A DNA stretch of 64,000 nt from Verrucomicrobiota bacterium. GTDB taxonomy: Bacteria; Verrucomicrobiota; Verrucomicrobiia; Limisphaerales; Palsa-1400. The notes under the pieces are model-generated. The model was not told the DNA's origin, ran no database searches, and saw only the letters and a program-made list of their open reading frames with translations. Made by a program: the position numbers and the translations under genes. Shown piece after piece: positions 16,101 through 23,688 of this stretch. Position 1 is the stretch's first letter; each line of letters opens with the position of its first letter. The stretch covers positions 1 to 64,000 of the forward strand of contig JBEKYR010000005.1 in the NCBI GenBank assembly GCA_049510745.1, in the 5' to 3' direction.

Positions 16101-18522
16101 TTACGGGCTGGTAATGGACGCCGGCACCAATCTTTACGTGGCCGATTCGGGCAACCACACCATTCGGATGATCACACCGGCGGGCGTCGTGAGCACGATC
16201 GCCGGCGTGCCGGGAACGGCCGGCTACCAGGACAATCCTGGGAACACAGCCTTGTTCAACGACCCCAACGGCCTGGCCATTGACGGTCATACCAACCTGT
16301 ATGTGGCGGATTATTACAATGGGGCGATCCGCAAGGTGACCAACGGCCCGGCAGGATGGCAGGTGACGACGGTGGCCGCCGGATTCTACCATTGCAGTGG
16401 CGTGGCGGTGGACGCTTCCGGCTATGTTTATGTGGCCGATTCGGGCCATGATGTCCTCCAAATGATCACCCCGGGCGGAGCGGTCAGCATCATTGCGGGC
16501 CAGTTGAATCGCTCCGGCAACGTCGATGGTTTGTGGAGCGACGCCCAGTTGAACTACCCGCAGGGAATCGCCGTGGATGCCACCGGGCATATCCTTGTCG
16601 CTGATACTTACAATAACTCTTTGCGGGTCCTTACCCCGGGCCAGTTTGGGACCCTGTTGACCGTGGCGGGAAGCAGCTACAACTACGCGGATGGCACGGG
16701 CAGCGCCGCTCTCTTCCGCTATCCGGTGGGACTGACATTCGACTCCTTGGGCAATCTGTTTATCGCGGATTACAATAGTAGCGCCATCCGCGAGCGCATG
16801 ATCGCCGTGGCCCCCTCTGGGATCTCGCCGAGCATCGTCGCGGAACCGCAGAGTCGCACCTTCGTGGCGACGTATGGCCCGGCGGTGTTTTCCGTGACCG
16901 CCAGCGGCAGCCCAACCCTTACCTATCAATGGTACACCAACGGCGCGCCCATCACCGGCGCCGTCAGTTCCTCCTACTCCATCGCGACCGTTCAATTGAC
17001 CAACGCGGGCACTTACTCGGTGACGGTCTCCAGCACCGGAGCTCCCGGCAGCGCGACCAGCAGTGGCGCGACGCTGACTGTCCTGCCGCCCTATGCCATC
17101 ACGACCGTGGCTTCCGGATACAACAATCCGTACGGCATCGCCGTGGATGGATCGGCCAACGTGTATTTCGCGGACTACGGCCGCGACATCATCGTGAAGA
17201 TTCCCGGCGGATCGGGGAACGGGGTGTCCGTCGCCGGCGTGGCCAATTCGGCGGGCACGAACGACGGGACGGGAAGCAACGCGAAATTCTACAATCCCTT
17301 CGGGGTGGCCGTTGATGTGAGCGGTAACGTCTATATCAGCGACTTCGGCAACAACACAATCCGCCTGATGACTCCGGGCGCGGCGGTCTCCACCATCGCC
17401 GGCACGCCCAAGGCCACCGGACGGTTTGACGGCGCGGGGAGCGTCGCCTTATTCAACGCTCCGGCCGGTTTAGCGATGGATTCCCACACCAACCTTTACG
17501 TGGCCGACTACAACAACGGCGCGGTTCGCAAAGTCACCAATGGACCGTCGGGCTGGCAGGTGACCACCCTCGCCACGGGATTCAGCCAGCCCTCTGGCGT
17601 GGCGGTGGACGCTTCCAGCAACGTCTATGTGGCCGACTCGGCCCATCATGTCATCCAGATGATCACTCCGGCAGGAGCGGTGAGCATTATCGCAGGCCAG
17701 GCCGGTCGCGCCGGCAATGTGGACGGACTTTGGAGCGACGCGCAGTTGAATTACCCCGAGGCAGTTTTGATGGACCCAAGCGGCAACCTGATTGTCGCCG
17801 ATACCCGCAACAACACGCTGCGAATCCTCACCCCCGGCCCGGCCAGCACGCTGTTGACCGTCGCCGGGAGTGTTTACAACTACCAGGACGGCAGCGGGAG
17901 CGGCGCCTGGTTTCGGTACCCCGTCGGCCTTGCCTTCGACCCCTCCGGCGACCTTTACATCTCTGACAATAACAGCGGCGCCATTCGTGAACGCCTGCTG
18001 CCCATCGTCGGCGGAACGCCTTCCATCACCACCCAGCCTCTGAGCCAGGACGTTGCGGAAAGCAACAATTTCACCTTGACAGTTGCGGCGACCGGGACCC
18101 CGGCCCCCTCCTACCAGTGGAACAAGAACGGCGCGCTCATCCCCGGCCAGACGACTTCAGCCTTCACCGTGGTTAATGCCGTCCGCACCAACAGCGGCAC
18201 CTACTACGTCGTGGTCGCCAACACCGCCGGGAGCGTCCCCAGCGACGCGGCCGTGGTGCATGTCCTCGTCCCGCCAATCCTGCTGTCCCCTGTCGTCCTG
18301 CCCAACCACAGCGGCCTGAAACTCATTTTCCAGGATTCCGACGGCGGGATTCCGGCCGATCTCAGCAAACTCACGCTCCAGTGGCGCACCAACCTGCCCA
18401 CGAAGAGCGACAATACCTGGCAAAACATCACCGCCGGATTCTCCATCAGCGGCTCGGACATCATCGTCACCGACCCGGCAGCCACGAACCTCACCCGCTT
18501 TTATCGCTTGATCGAATACTGA
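7114..18522 (+). CDS. Giant exported protein (~3800 aa): 9 x [NHL beta-propeller + Ig-like domain] plus a C-terminal domain ending RFYRLIEY
   Basis: Signal-like N-terminus; recurrent FNxPxGxAVDxxGNxYVADxxNxxIR NHL blades; Ig motifs (PTIT..PQ..GSPTLGYQW..NG). Start is ATG 7114 or 7144. Confidence 0.9.
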   Translation: MKTTVRTHLSMHPINVQHFRRFKKCLLLMALSQLAYGLQAQNPVPYVFTTIAGTAGVSGHADNAGAAASFNQPSGLAVDAQTNIYVADTGNHTIRKIDVNGNVTTLAGLAGSSGLQDGTGAGALFTSPQKVAVDSSGNIYVADTGNNTVRYVSPGGVVNTPLFNYLGGSPDYYTQGDCSQPESGAVAAFSSPAGITVDGLGNVYVANGGGYFYETGTPVEGGGCSFNTVYFVTTVRKILPDLNVSTVGYAQQAIVSGYIQPILSGIAIGSGGTPYSADLNGGGAILNVSTAGFGPFGVFAGSASATGSTDATGSSARFSGPQDVAADAAGNLYVADTVNNTVRMITPAGVVTTIGGLAGSIGSTDLAFSGTRFKTPQGIASDSLGNIYIADTGNNTIRKGVPMPIAIYAEPQSLVEGVGYTASFSVLVISSNAVPYGCQWYQNGVGLINATNATLTLTNLQVTNAGSYVVIATNLYGSATSYVATLSIVSYTFNTPISGSGISQPLGLAVDAAQNVYFADYSRHVIWKSSPGTGSSLLAFAGLWGSAGESDGIGDAALFDQPFGLVIDTGGNLYVADSANNLIRKITPAAVVTTIAGVPGGTGLRDGSGSTALFNRPTALAIDSHNSIYIADYNNGAVRKLTNGPSGWQVTTLATGFNQPDGVAADSSGKVYVADSQNEVIRTIATDGTVHLLAGTVGAAGSTDLTTGLARFNYPEGLVLDASGNLLVADAGNDTIRLITPGGLVGTIGGLPGNYNFANGTGSNALFRNAGALAFDSYGNLYVSDFNNSAIRAGTVPIAPGTAPSILGGPQSQSVVATYGPVSFGVQATGSPTLGYQWSSNGTTVAGATTSTLSFTPAQSNNVGTYTMAVGVTVTNGVAPAASAAATLTVQPAYAINTVINGNGIAYPFGVAIDGSGNVFFSDSYHDVIWRFAPGSGSGLTVFAGLYNAAGNSDGVGQAALFNGPGGLVMDAGSNLYVADWYNEAIRMITPGSVVTTIAGVKGSSGFHDGPASIALFSGPVGLAIDSHTNLYVADYYNGAVRKLTNGPAGWQLTTLATGFSQPNGVAVDSSGNVYVADSAHHVIQMITPAGAVSVIGGVIGQSGSADGLWSDARFNYPEGVLVDGAGHVIVADSHNNTLRILTPGQAGTVVTVAGIAGNNNFLDGTGSGALFRTPVGLAFDSSGNLFVADYNNNAIREHGIPVASSGVAPTITSSPQNRTAVATYGPVSFGVTAMGSPTLGYQWSTNGTTVASATTSTLSFTPAQSNNVGTYAVAVGVTVTNGVSPAATAAATLTVQPAYAINTVIGGNGIANPLGVAIDGGGNVFFSDGNGSRNVIWKYSPGSGDALTVFAGLYNATGTNDGIGSGALFNGPYGLVIDAGSNLYVGDSGNHTIRMITPAAVVTTIAGVPGTAGNRDNPGNIALFDGPTGLAMDSHTNLYVADYYNGAIRKVTNGPAGWQVTTVAAGFYHCSGVAVDASSNVYVADSGHDVIQMITPGGAVSIIAGQLNRSGNVDGLWSDAQLNFPQGILVDPSGRLIVADGGNNSIRLLTLGQFGTLLTVAGSGSGNEDGTGSAALFRDPIGLTFDSAGDLFIADYNNGSIREHGLPVSFSVISGVAPTITAWPQNRTAVATYGPVTFGVTATGSPPPGYQWSTNGTTIASATTSALSFTPAQSNNVGTYSTTVGVTVANGVSPAATASATLTVQPAYAINTVIGGNGIANPLGVAVDGGGNVFFSDANTSRNVIWKYSPGSGGGLTVFAGLYNAAGTNDGIGSAALFYSPAGLVMDAGSNLYVCDSDNHTIRMITPAAVVTTIAGVPGTAGYRDNPGNTAFFNGPNNLAIDSHTNLYVADYYNGAIRKVTNGPAGWQVTTVAAGFYHCCAVAVDASGNVYVADSGHHVIQMITPGGAASIIAGQFNRSGNVDGLWSDAQLNSPEGILVDSTGHVLVADTYNNSLRILTPGQFGTLLTVAGSGSGSQDGTGSAALFRFPIGLAFDSSGDLFVADYNNSAIREHGIPIASSGIAPTITSLPQNRTAVATYGPVSFGVTATGSPTLGYQWSTNGTTLASATTSTLSFTPAQSNNVGTYSTAVGVIVTNGVAPAATAAATLTVQPAYAINTVIIGNNIANPAGMAVDGGGNVFFSDANTSRNVIWKYSPGSGGALTIFAGLYNAAGTNDGIGSGALFNSPYGLVMDAGSNLYVGDSDNHTIRMITPAAVVTTIAGVPGTAGYRDNPGNIALFDGPTGLAMDSHTNLYVTDYYNGAIRKVTNGPAGWQVTTVAAGFNRCCGVAVDASGNVYVADSGHHVIQLISPAGAVSIIAGQFNRPGNVDGLWSDAQLNFPEGILVDATGHILVADTDNNSLRILTPGPFGTLLTVAGSSYSYADGTGSAALFRNPVALTFDALGNLFIADYNNGAIREHGLSIASSGVAPTITSLPQNRTVVATYGPVSFAVGAAGSPTLGYQWSTNGTTIASATTSTLSFTPAQSNNVGTYSTAVGVIVTNGVAPAATAAATLTVQPAYAINTVIIGNNIYNPAGVAVDSTGNVFFSDAGRDVIWKYSPGSGGGLTIFAGLYNAAGTNDGIGSAALFYGPYGLVMDAGSNLYVADSGNDTIRMITPAGVVSTIAGVPGAAGFQNNPGNTALFNDPTGLAMDSHTNLYVADYYNGAIRKVTNGPAGWQVTTVAAGFYRCVGVAVDASGNVYVADSGHDVIQMITPGGAVSVIAGQLNHAGNVDGLWSDAQLNFPEGILVDATGHILVADTGNNSLRILTPGQFGTLLTVAGSSYNYADGTGSAALFRDPVGLAFDSSGDLFIADYNSGAIREHGLPIASSGIAPTITSLPQNRTVVATYGPVSFAVGAAGSPTLGYQWSTNGTTIASATTSTLSFTPAQSNNVGTYSTAIGVTVTNGVAPAATAAATLTVQPAYAINTVIIGNNIYNPLGVAVDPTGNVFFSDGARHVIWEFATGSGGGLTVFAGLFNAAGTNDGIGSAALFYGPYGLVMDAGTNLYVADSGNHTIRMITPAGVVSTIAGVPGTAGYQDNPGNTALFNDPNGLAIDGHTNLYVADYYNGAIRKVTNGPAGWQVTTVAAGFYHCSGVAVDASGYVYVADSGHDVLQMITPGGAVSIIAGQLNRSGNVDGLWSDAQLNYPQGIAVDATGHILVADTYNNSLRVLTPGQFGTLLTVAGSSYNYADGTGSAALFRYPVGLTFDSLGNLFIADYNSSAIRERMIAVAPSGISPSIVAEPQSRTFVATYGPAVFSVTASGSPTLTYQWYTNGAPITGAVSSSYSIATVQLTNAGTYSVTVSSTGAPGSATSSGATLTVLPPYAITTVASGYNNPYGIAVDGSANVYFADYGRDIIVKIPGGSGNGVSVAGVANSAGTNDGTGSNAKFYNPFGVAVDVSGNVYISDFGNNTIRLMTPGAAVSTIAGTPKATGRFDGAGSVALFNAPAGLAMDSHTNLYVADYNNGAVRKVTNGPSGWQVTTLATGFSQPSGVAVDASSNVYVADSAHHVIQMITPAGAVSIIAGQAGRAGNVDGLWSDAQLNYPEAVLMDPSGNLIVADTRNNTLRILTPGPASTLLTVAGSVYNYQDGSGSGAWFRYPVGLAFDPSGDLYISDNNSGAIRERLLPIVGGTPSITTQPLSQDVAESNNFTLTVAATGTPAPSYQWNKNGALIPGQTTSAFTVVNAVRTNSGTYYVVVANTAGSVPSDAAVVHVLVPPILLSPVVLPNHSGLKLIFQDSDGGIPADLSKLTLQWRTNLPTKSDNTWQNITAGFSISGSDIIVTDPAATNLTRFYRLIEY
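9520..16930 (+). repeat. Intragenic tandem duplication with a ~1.21-1.23 kb period
   Basis: The anchor ACCGTCCAGCCGGCCTACGCCATTAACACGG (or a close variant) recurs near 9778, 10996, 12223, 13441, 14659 and 15871, with long identical stretches between copies. Confidence 0.92.
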
Positions 18523-18626
18523 ACCAAACACCCGCGGGACCAAACGGACAGGCGCCCCGATGGATTCATCGCGGAAGACCACCGTTGCCCAATGGCGGCA
18601 ACAGCGGGGCGGGCAAGTGTCATGGC

Positions 18627-20801
18627 TCACTTGCTCACATCGATGGTTTTCCTCAAACGAATATCCGCGGAGGAGCCGCCGACGAGAAGATCGAGTTTTC
18701 CCGGCTCGACGATAAAGCAATGGCGGCCGGCGTCCCAATGACCCAGCGACCTGGCGGGCAAAGGAATTTCGACCGTCTTGGATTCGCCCGGCTGCAACGC
18801 CACCCGCTTGAAGCCGCGCAACTCCTGCCTGGGGCGGTCCGCCGGCGGGTTCTCGCGCTTCACGTAGAGTTGAACCACCTCTTCACCCGCGCGCCGGCCC
18901 GTATTTTTCACCTCCACGCTGACGTTGACGGCGCCCTCTGTGGCGAGGGTTGGCGCGCTGGTCTTCAAACCGGAGTATTGGAAGGTCGTGTAGCTCAAAC
19001 CGTAACCGAACGGATAGAGCGGCTTGCCTTTGAAATACATGTAGGTGCGCCCGTGGCGAATGTCGTAATCCATCATCGGCGGCAACTGCCCGAGCGACTT
19101 CGGCCACGTCTGCACCAGCCGGCCGGCGGGATTAAAATCTCCGAACAGCGCGTCGGCCAGCGCGTTCCCCAGTTCCTCGCTGTTGTGAGTCAGGTGGACG
19201 ATGGCCGGCACATGCTTCTGCGTCCAGTTGATCGCATAGGGAAAACTGGAGATGAGCACGACGATGGTTTGCGGATTCGCCGCGTAAACCCGCCGGATCA
19301 ATTCCTCCTGCTCCAGCGAAATGGATTTTCGGTCCACCGCCTCCCGGCCTTCGCTGGGCACGGAGACTTTTTTCCATTCGCCATCCGCAACGCCGATCGG
19401 ATTGTTGCCCACGCAGACGATGGCGACCTCGGACGCCTTCGCCAGTTCAACCGCTTCCGCTTCGTTGGTGGAAAAATCCACCCTCACGCCGGAGCCGGCC
19501 TTGGCGCGAAGGCCTTCCAGCGGCGTGACTCGATACGGCGGCGTGCCACTGTACCAGTCGAGCAGGACTTCGTCGGCGCGCGGGCCGAGGACGGCGATGG
19601 ATTTTAATTTTGATTTGTCCAGCGGCAAAAGGTTTCCTGAATTCTTCAGCAGCACGATGGATTCCTGCGTGACCAAACGCGCCAGGGACTTGTGTTGGAC
19701 GGTCGTCCACGGCTCCGGTTCGCCCGCCGCGCCGATGCCGGCGTAAGGATTGTTCGCCGGCGGATCAAGCAGGCCCAGCCGGATGAATACGCGCAAGGTG
19801 CCCTTGATGTTCCTCTCCACGTCGGCTTCGCTCAGCAGGTTCTCTTCCAGCGCGCGGCGGACGGCTTTGGCGGAGGTGTTGTCAAGAAATTGATTGATGC
19901 CGGCCTGGATCGCGCCGGCGGCGGCCTCCGTGGCATTGGTGTAGAAATGCTGCCACGCCGTCAGATTCGAGACCGCGCCGCCGTCGGTGCAGATGATCCC
20001 ATCCACGCCCCATTCCCTCACCGCGACCTGGCGGATCACCGGCTGCACCGTGCAGGGAACGTGGTTCCATTGATTGTAGGAAGTCATGAAACAGCGCGCG
20101 CCGCCTTCCTCGAAGCCCATGCGGAAGGGCGCCGTGTAATAGTCCCGCAAAAGCTGCTCGTCGAAATCCGAGGATGAACTGTCGCGGCCGTCTTCATTGC
20201 TGTTGGCGAAAAAATGTTTCAGGAGCGACGCCGTCAGCCAGTACTTCGGATGGCCGCCCTGCAATCCGCGAATGAACGCCGCCGCCATCGTGCCGTTGAA
20301 AAACGGATCCTCGCCGTAACACTCCTCGGTCCGGCCCCAGCGCGGGTCGCGCCCCAAATCCGCGTTCGGCGCGCGCACGATCAGTCCGCCGCGGCCGCCG
20401 TACTTTTCGCTCTGGGCCATGTAACGGGTTTCGTAACCCTCCGCCGCCCCCACCCGGCGGATCAGGTCCGGGTCCCACGTTTCGGCCAGGCCGATGGCTT
20501 GCGGAAAAATCGTGGTGGGAACGGGATTGCGCCGTCCCCAATTGCTCGGACCGCCGCGCGCCAGACCGTGCAGGCCCTCGACGTGGCCCATGGCGCGAAT
20601 GCCCAGCCGCGGCACGCCGGGCCGCGAACTGAGAAACGCGGCTTTTTCCTCAAGCGTCATCAAGGAAACGATATTGTTGACTCGTTCTTCAACCGGCAGG
20701 CCGGGGTTCTGAAACGGGTATTGATTGGTTTGCGCCGGCGCCGCCGGGGCGGCGATCGCGGCGGCCAGAAAAATCAGACGGGCGGACGGGGAGCATTTCA
20801 T
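18627..20801 (-). CDS. GH3 beta-glucosidase/xylosidase with Fn3-like C-terminus, exported
   Basis: RDPRWGRTEECYGEDP, KHF, ICTD nucleophile region, PLYPFGYGLSYT; signal peptide. Confidence 0.93.
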   Translation of the reverse strand: MKCSPSARLIFLAAAIAAPAAPAQTNQYPFQNPGLPVEERVNNIVSLMTLEEKAAFLSSRPGVPRLGIRAMGHVEGLHGLARGGPSNWGRRNPVPTTIFPQAIGLAETWDPDLIRRVGAAEGYETRYMAQSEKYGGRGGLIVRAPNADLGRDPRWGRTEECYGEDPFFNGTMAAAFIRGLQGGHPKYWLTASLLKHFFANSNEDGRDSSSSDFDEQLLRDYYTAPFRMGFEEGGARCFMTSYNQWNHVPCTVQPVIRQVAVREWGVDGIICTDGGAVSNLTAWQHFYTNATEAAAGAIQAGINQFLDNTSAKAVRRALEENLLSEADVERNIKGTLRVFIRLGLLDPPANNPYAGIGAAGEPEPWTTVQHKSLARLVTQESIVLLKNSGNLLPLDKSKLKSIAVLGPRADEVLLDWYSGTPPYRVTPLEGLRAKAGSGVRVDFSTNEAEAVELAKASEVAIVCVGNNPIGVADGEWKKVSVPSEGREAVDRKSISLEQEELIRRVYAANPQTIVVLISSFPYAINWTQKHVPAIVHLTHNSEELGNALADALFGDFNPAGRLVQTWPKSLGQLPPMMDYDIRHGRTYMYFKGKPLYPFGYGLSYTTFQYSGLKTSAPTLATEGAVNVSVEVKNTGRRAGEEVVQLYVKRENPPADRPRQELRGFKRVALQPGESKTVEIPLPARSLGHWDAGRHCFIVEPGKLDLLVGGSSADIRLRKTIDVSK

Positions 20802-22466
20802 TCAGTGGTAGCGGTAAAGTTTGACGCGCTGGAGGGTGTAATTGTCTCCGCGAAACCGCAGCGCCTTCCACTCAGGCGTTTCGTCGCCGTTCAACCGCCG
20901 GCCGGCAATCCATTTGCCGCCGGCATAAACGCCTTCCTCGACTGTGCCCAGGCCCACGCTCTCGGAGGGATTTGTGGCCGCGGTGAAATAGACATTCATG
21001 CTCCGGCCGACAATCACGTAGTCATCCGGCCCCGTGGAAATGAAAAGTCCCGCCACGCGTTCGGGCGGCGCATTGGTGACGACGCCGAAATTGCGCGAGG
21101 TAAACCGTGCTTCGAGGTTGTAGTTGCCGAGCGTGACGGTCTGCGCAGCCCCTCCGCTGTCCAGCAAGACCGCGGTCATGGTGCCTTTGCCTTGATGCTC
21201 CAGAATCAGCGGCGCGACTTGTGCCATCACGTCGTAAGCCCGCGCCAGTTCCGTGTCCGGCCCCGCCGTGCGATCAATTCCGAAGGGCGAAAAGCCGATG
21301 GCATCGTGTTTGCCGAAAGCCCACAAGGCGTGCGCCGCTCCGCGGGCATCACCCCGCGCTTCGGGAATGAACAGCGGGTTGCCCGATTGCGTGTACCAAT
21401 CGCACCACTCGGTGAAATTCGGCGCGTAAATGTCCGGCGACAGAATGTCAATCGGCGCCGCGCCCGCCCGCCAGATGTCCATCACCTGCGGCAGCGGGCC
21501 GCCGCCGGGATACGCGCCGGGCCAGCCGGTATTCTCCTGCTTAAGCCAGGTGTTCACGTACATCGGGATGTTGTATTCCGCTTTGCCTGCCGCGGCGACG
21601 TGGCCGATGTAACGCGCGTAATTCCACGCCATGAAAATTTCCTCGGTGAAATAAGAAAGGGCCTTCCAGTCCTCCTTGTTCACGATGCTTTTTCCGAAAA
21701 CTTTCTCCCAAGCGCCGGAAGTTCTGAATCCGTTCGCCTCCCAAGCCCGATGAAGCTGGGGAATCAAGGTGTCCTTGTGCGCCTGCAAATAATCCATCAA
21801 CTCCTTCGGCACAGGCCCGTCGAAGGCCTGGTTTGCGGCGGGGCTGAAATCGCGCGGCGCGTCGAGGACTCCGACTTCGTTTTCCACTTGCATCATCAGG
21901 ACGGTGTGCTTTTTGCCGTCCACTTCGCGCAGGTGGCGCATCAAGGCGGCGAAGGCGCGCGCGTCCGCGTCGCGATTGGCGTCGCTCAGCGCGCTCAAGG
22001 TGGCCAGGCTTTTTCCCAGCTCGTTTTGAACGAGAGGAAACCGCGCCTGGTTGGTTTTGACCCAGAGCGGCTGGTAGTTGGACTTGCCGTTTTTCCAACT
22101 GCCGAACCACAGGAAAACCAGGTGAAGGTGGTTGGCGCGCGCGTCCTTGAGCAAACCATCCACCCCGGTAAAATCGAACCTGCCTTCCTCCGGTTCGACC
22201 AATTCCCAGCTCACCGTCGCGAGCACGGTGTTGATATGGCTGGCCGCCAGCCGGGGCCAGAGCGGCCTCATGTACGAGAGACTCGAGGCGCTGGAGTTGT
22301 TCAGTTCCGCCGCAAGCGCCAGGAACGGTTTGCCGTCCACCATCAGTTGCGTGGCGGCGCCGTGCTTCTTGAGCTGAGGAACGGTGATTGCGGGTTGAGA
22401 CTGCGCGCTCGTCGTCAACACAAGCCCAACCAATGCGGCAGCCAGGGAATACAGTCGTTGTTTCAT
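20802..22466 (-). CDS. GH35-like beta-galactosidase / DUF5597 protein, exported
   Basis: VSWELVEPEEGRFDF, WFGSWKNG, MMQVENEVG, LFIPE, RRLNGDE; start MKQRLY with a signal peptide. Confidence 0.85.
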   Translation of the reverse strand: MKQRLYSLAAALVGLVLTTSAQSQPAITVPQLKKHGAATQLMVDGKPFLALAAELNNSSASSLSYMRPLWPRLAASHINTVLATVSWELVEPEEGRFDFTGVDGLLKDARANHLHLVFLWFGSWKNGKSNYQPLWVKTNQARFPLVQNELGKSLATLSALSDANRDADARAFAALMRHLREVDGKKHTVLMMQVENEVGVLDAPRDFSPAANQAFDGPVPKELMDYLQAHKDTLIPQLHRAWEANGFRTSGAWEKVFGKSIVNKEDWKALSYFTEEIFMAWNYARYIGHVAAAGKAEYNIPMYVNTWLKQENTGWPGAYPGGGPLPQVMDIWRAGAAPIDILSPDIYAPNFTEWCDWYTQSGNPLFIPEARGDARGAAHALWAFGKHDAIGFSPFGIDRTAGPDTELARAYDVMAQVAPLILEHQGKGTMTAVLLDSGGAAQTVTLGNYNLEARFTSRNFGVVTNAPPERVAGLFISTGPDDYVIVGRSMNVYFTAATNPSESVGLGTVEEGVYAGGKWIAGRRLNGDETPEWKALRFRGDNYTLQRVKLYRYH

Positions 22467-22518
22467 AGCAGTTCTTTCAGTTGTCAAGTCAATTGCTCTC
22501 GCATCGCATGGCCGTGTC

Positions 22519-23646
22519 TTACGGCGGCGGGGGTGCGGGTGGCTCGGCTGGCAGCCCGGAGGCGGTGCGAATGGGCGCGATGGCCTTGCGGTATTCGGCA
22601 TCGCTCAAGCTCCAGGAACGGGGGTCCTTGACCACGGCCGCCAGGCGGTTCGTGGCCTCCCCCCGCACCCCGCTGCCGGCCCACTCCATCCACCAAGTCC
22701 ATCGGGGTTGCGCCCGCAGCGTCTCCAGTGAGAGATTGCCGCCCACTTCGCCAAGGGCTATCGGCTTCCCGTTGGCCAGCTTCAATAAATCGTCGTAATA
22801 GGACTGCTTGAATTCCCGGTAACAATCCAGGGTCAGGATGTCCACGTATTCGGGACCGGGCCAGCAATCCTCGAATTTCAGCGAAGTGCCTTCGGGCCGA
22901 TCCACGTTCCAAACCCAGATCAGGTTCTTGATTTTGTGATGCTTGACGAGCCAGTCGAACATCATTTTGTAGAGCGCGGCGGTGCCGTATTCTCCGCGGC
23001 GGCCACCCCACCAGAACCAGGTGCCATTCATTTCGTGAAAGGGACGCCAGAGCAGCGGCACGCGCGCCTCTTCCAGCTTCTTCAAGTACGGCACGATGGC
23101 ATCCACTTGCGCGCACCAGCGCTGGTGCAATTCGGTGCCGGGGGTGAGCAGGTCCTTGTACTGGGCTTCGGTGAGCCGGCCTTGCACGGTATTGAGATTG
23201 GTCGCCGCGCCCCTGCTGTCGCCGCCGCGCGGGCCCCTGAAGGTGACGGGTTCATCGGCCGTGGGGGGCGCCTCGTGCCAGCACATCACGACGAGCGCGC
23301 CCTTCTGGTATTGTTCTTTAAGCTCTTCGACGATTTCCTTCCGGACATACGCGGAGTCCTGGTCGCCTTCTTTGGCGAAGCCCCAGTCCTTTCCGAAAAT
23401 GGCCGGCGTCTTTCCCCAAACCCTCGACGCCTCGACCGTGTTCGTGTCCTTGGCCGCCGGGTAATTGTGCTGGCCGCTCAAGGTGTGCTGGCCGGAAATG
23501 CTGTCAATAAACCTCAACAACGCCACCGCCTCCGGCGAGGCCTCGGGAGTTACCGGCCCTGCCGCGCCCTCGGCGCCACGCAGCGATGCAGCGTTGATCC
23601 ATAATAGGCCGAGCAACACGCTCCGGCCGATTCGCATCTTTTTCAC
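22519..23646 (-). CDS. GH26 beta-mannanase, exported
   Basis: LWRPFHEMNGTWFWWG, WPGPEYVDI..LDCY, KPIALGEVG. Confidence 0.92.
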   Translation of the reverse strand: MKKMRIGRSVLLGLLWINAASLRGAEGAAGPVTPEASPEAVALLRFIDSISGQHTLSGQHNYPAAKDTNTVEASRVWGKTPAIFGKDWGFAKEGDQDSAYVRKEIVEELKEQYQKGALVVMCWHEAPPTADEPVTFRGPRGGDSRGAATNLNTVQGRLTEAQYKDLLTPGTELHQRWCAQVDAIVPYLKKLEEARVPLLWRPFHEMNGTWFWWGGRRGEYGTAALYKMMFDWLVKHHKIKNLIWVWNVDRPEGTSLKFEDCWPGPEYVDILTLDCYREFKQSYYDDLLKLANGKPIALGEVGGNLSLETLRAQPRWTWWMEWAGSGVRGEATNRLAAVVKDPRSWSLSDAEYRKAIAPIRTASGLPAEPPAPPPP

Positions 23647-23688
23647 AGGCTTGCTTTCCGTCTTGATGCTCTCGCGGCGTTGTCGCCG

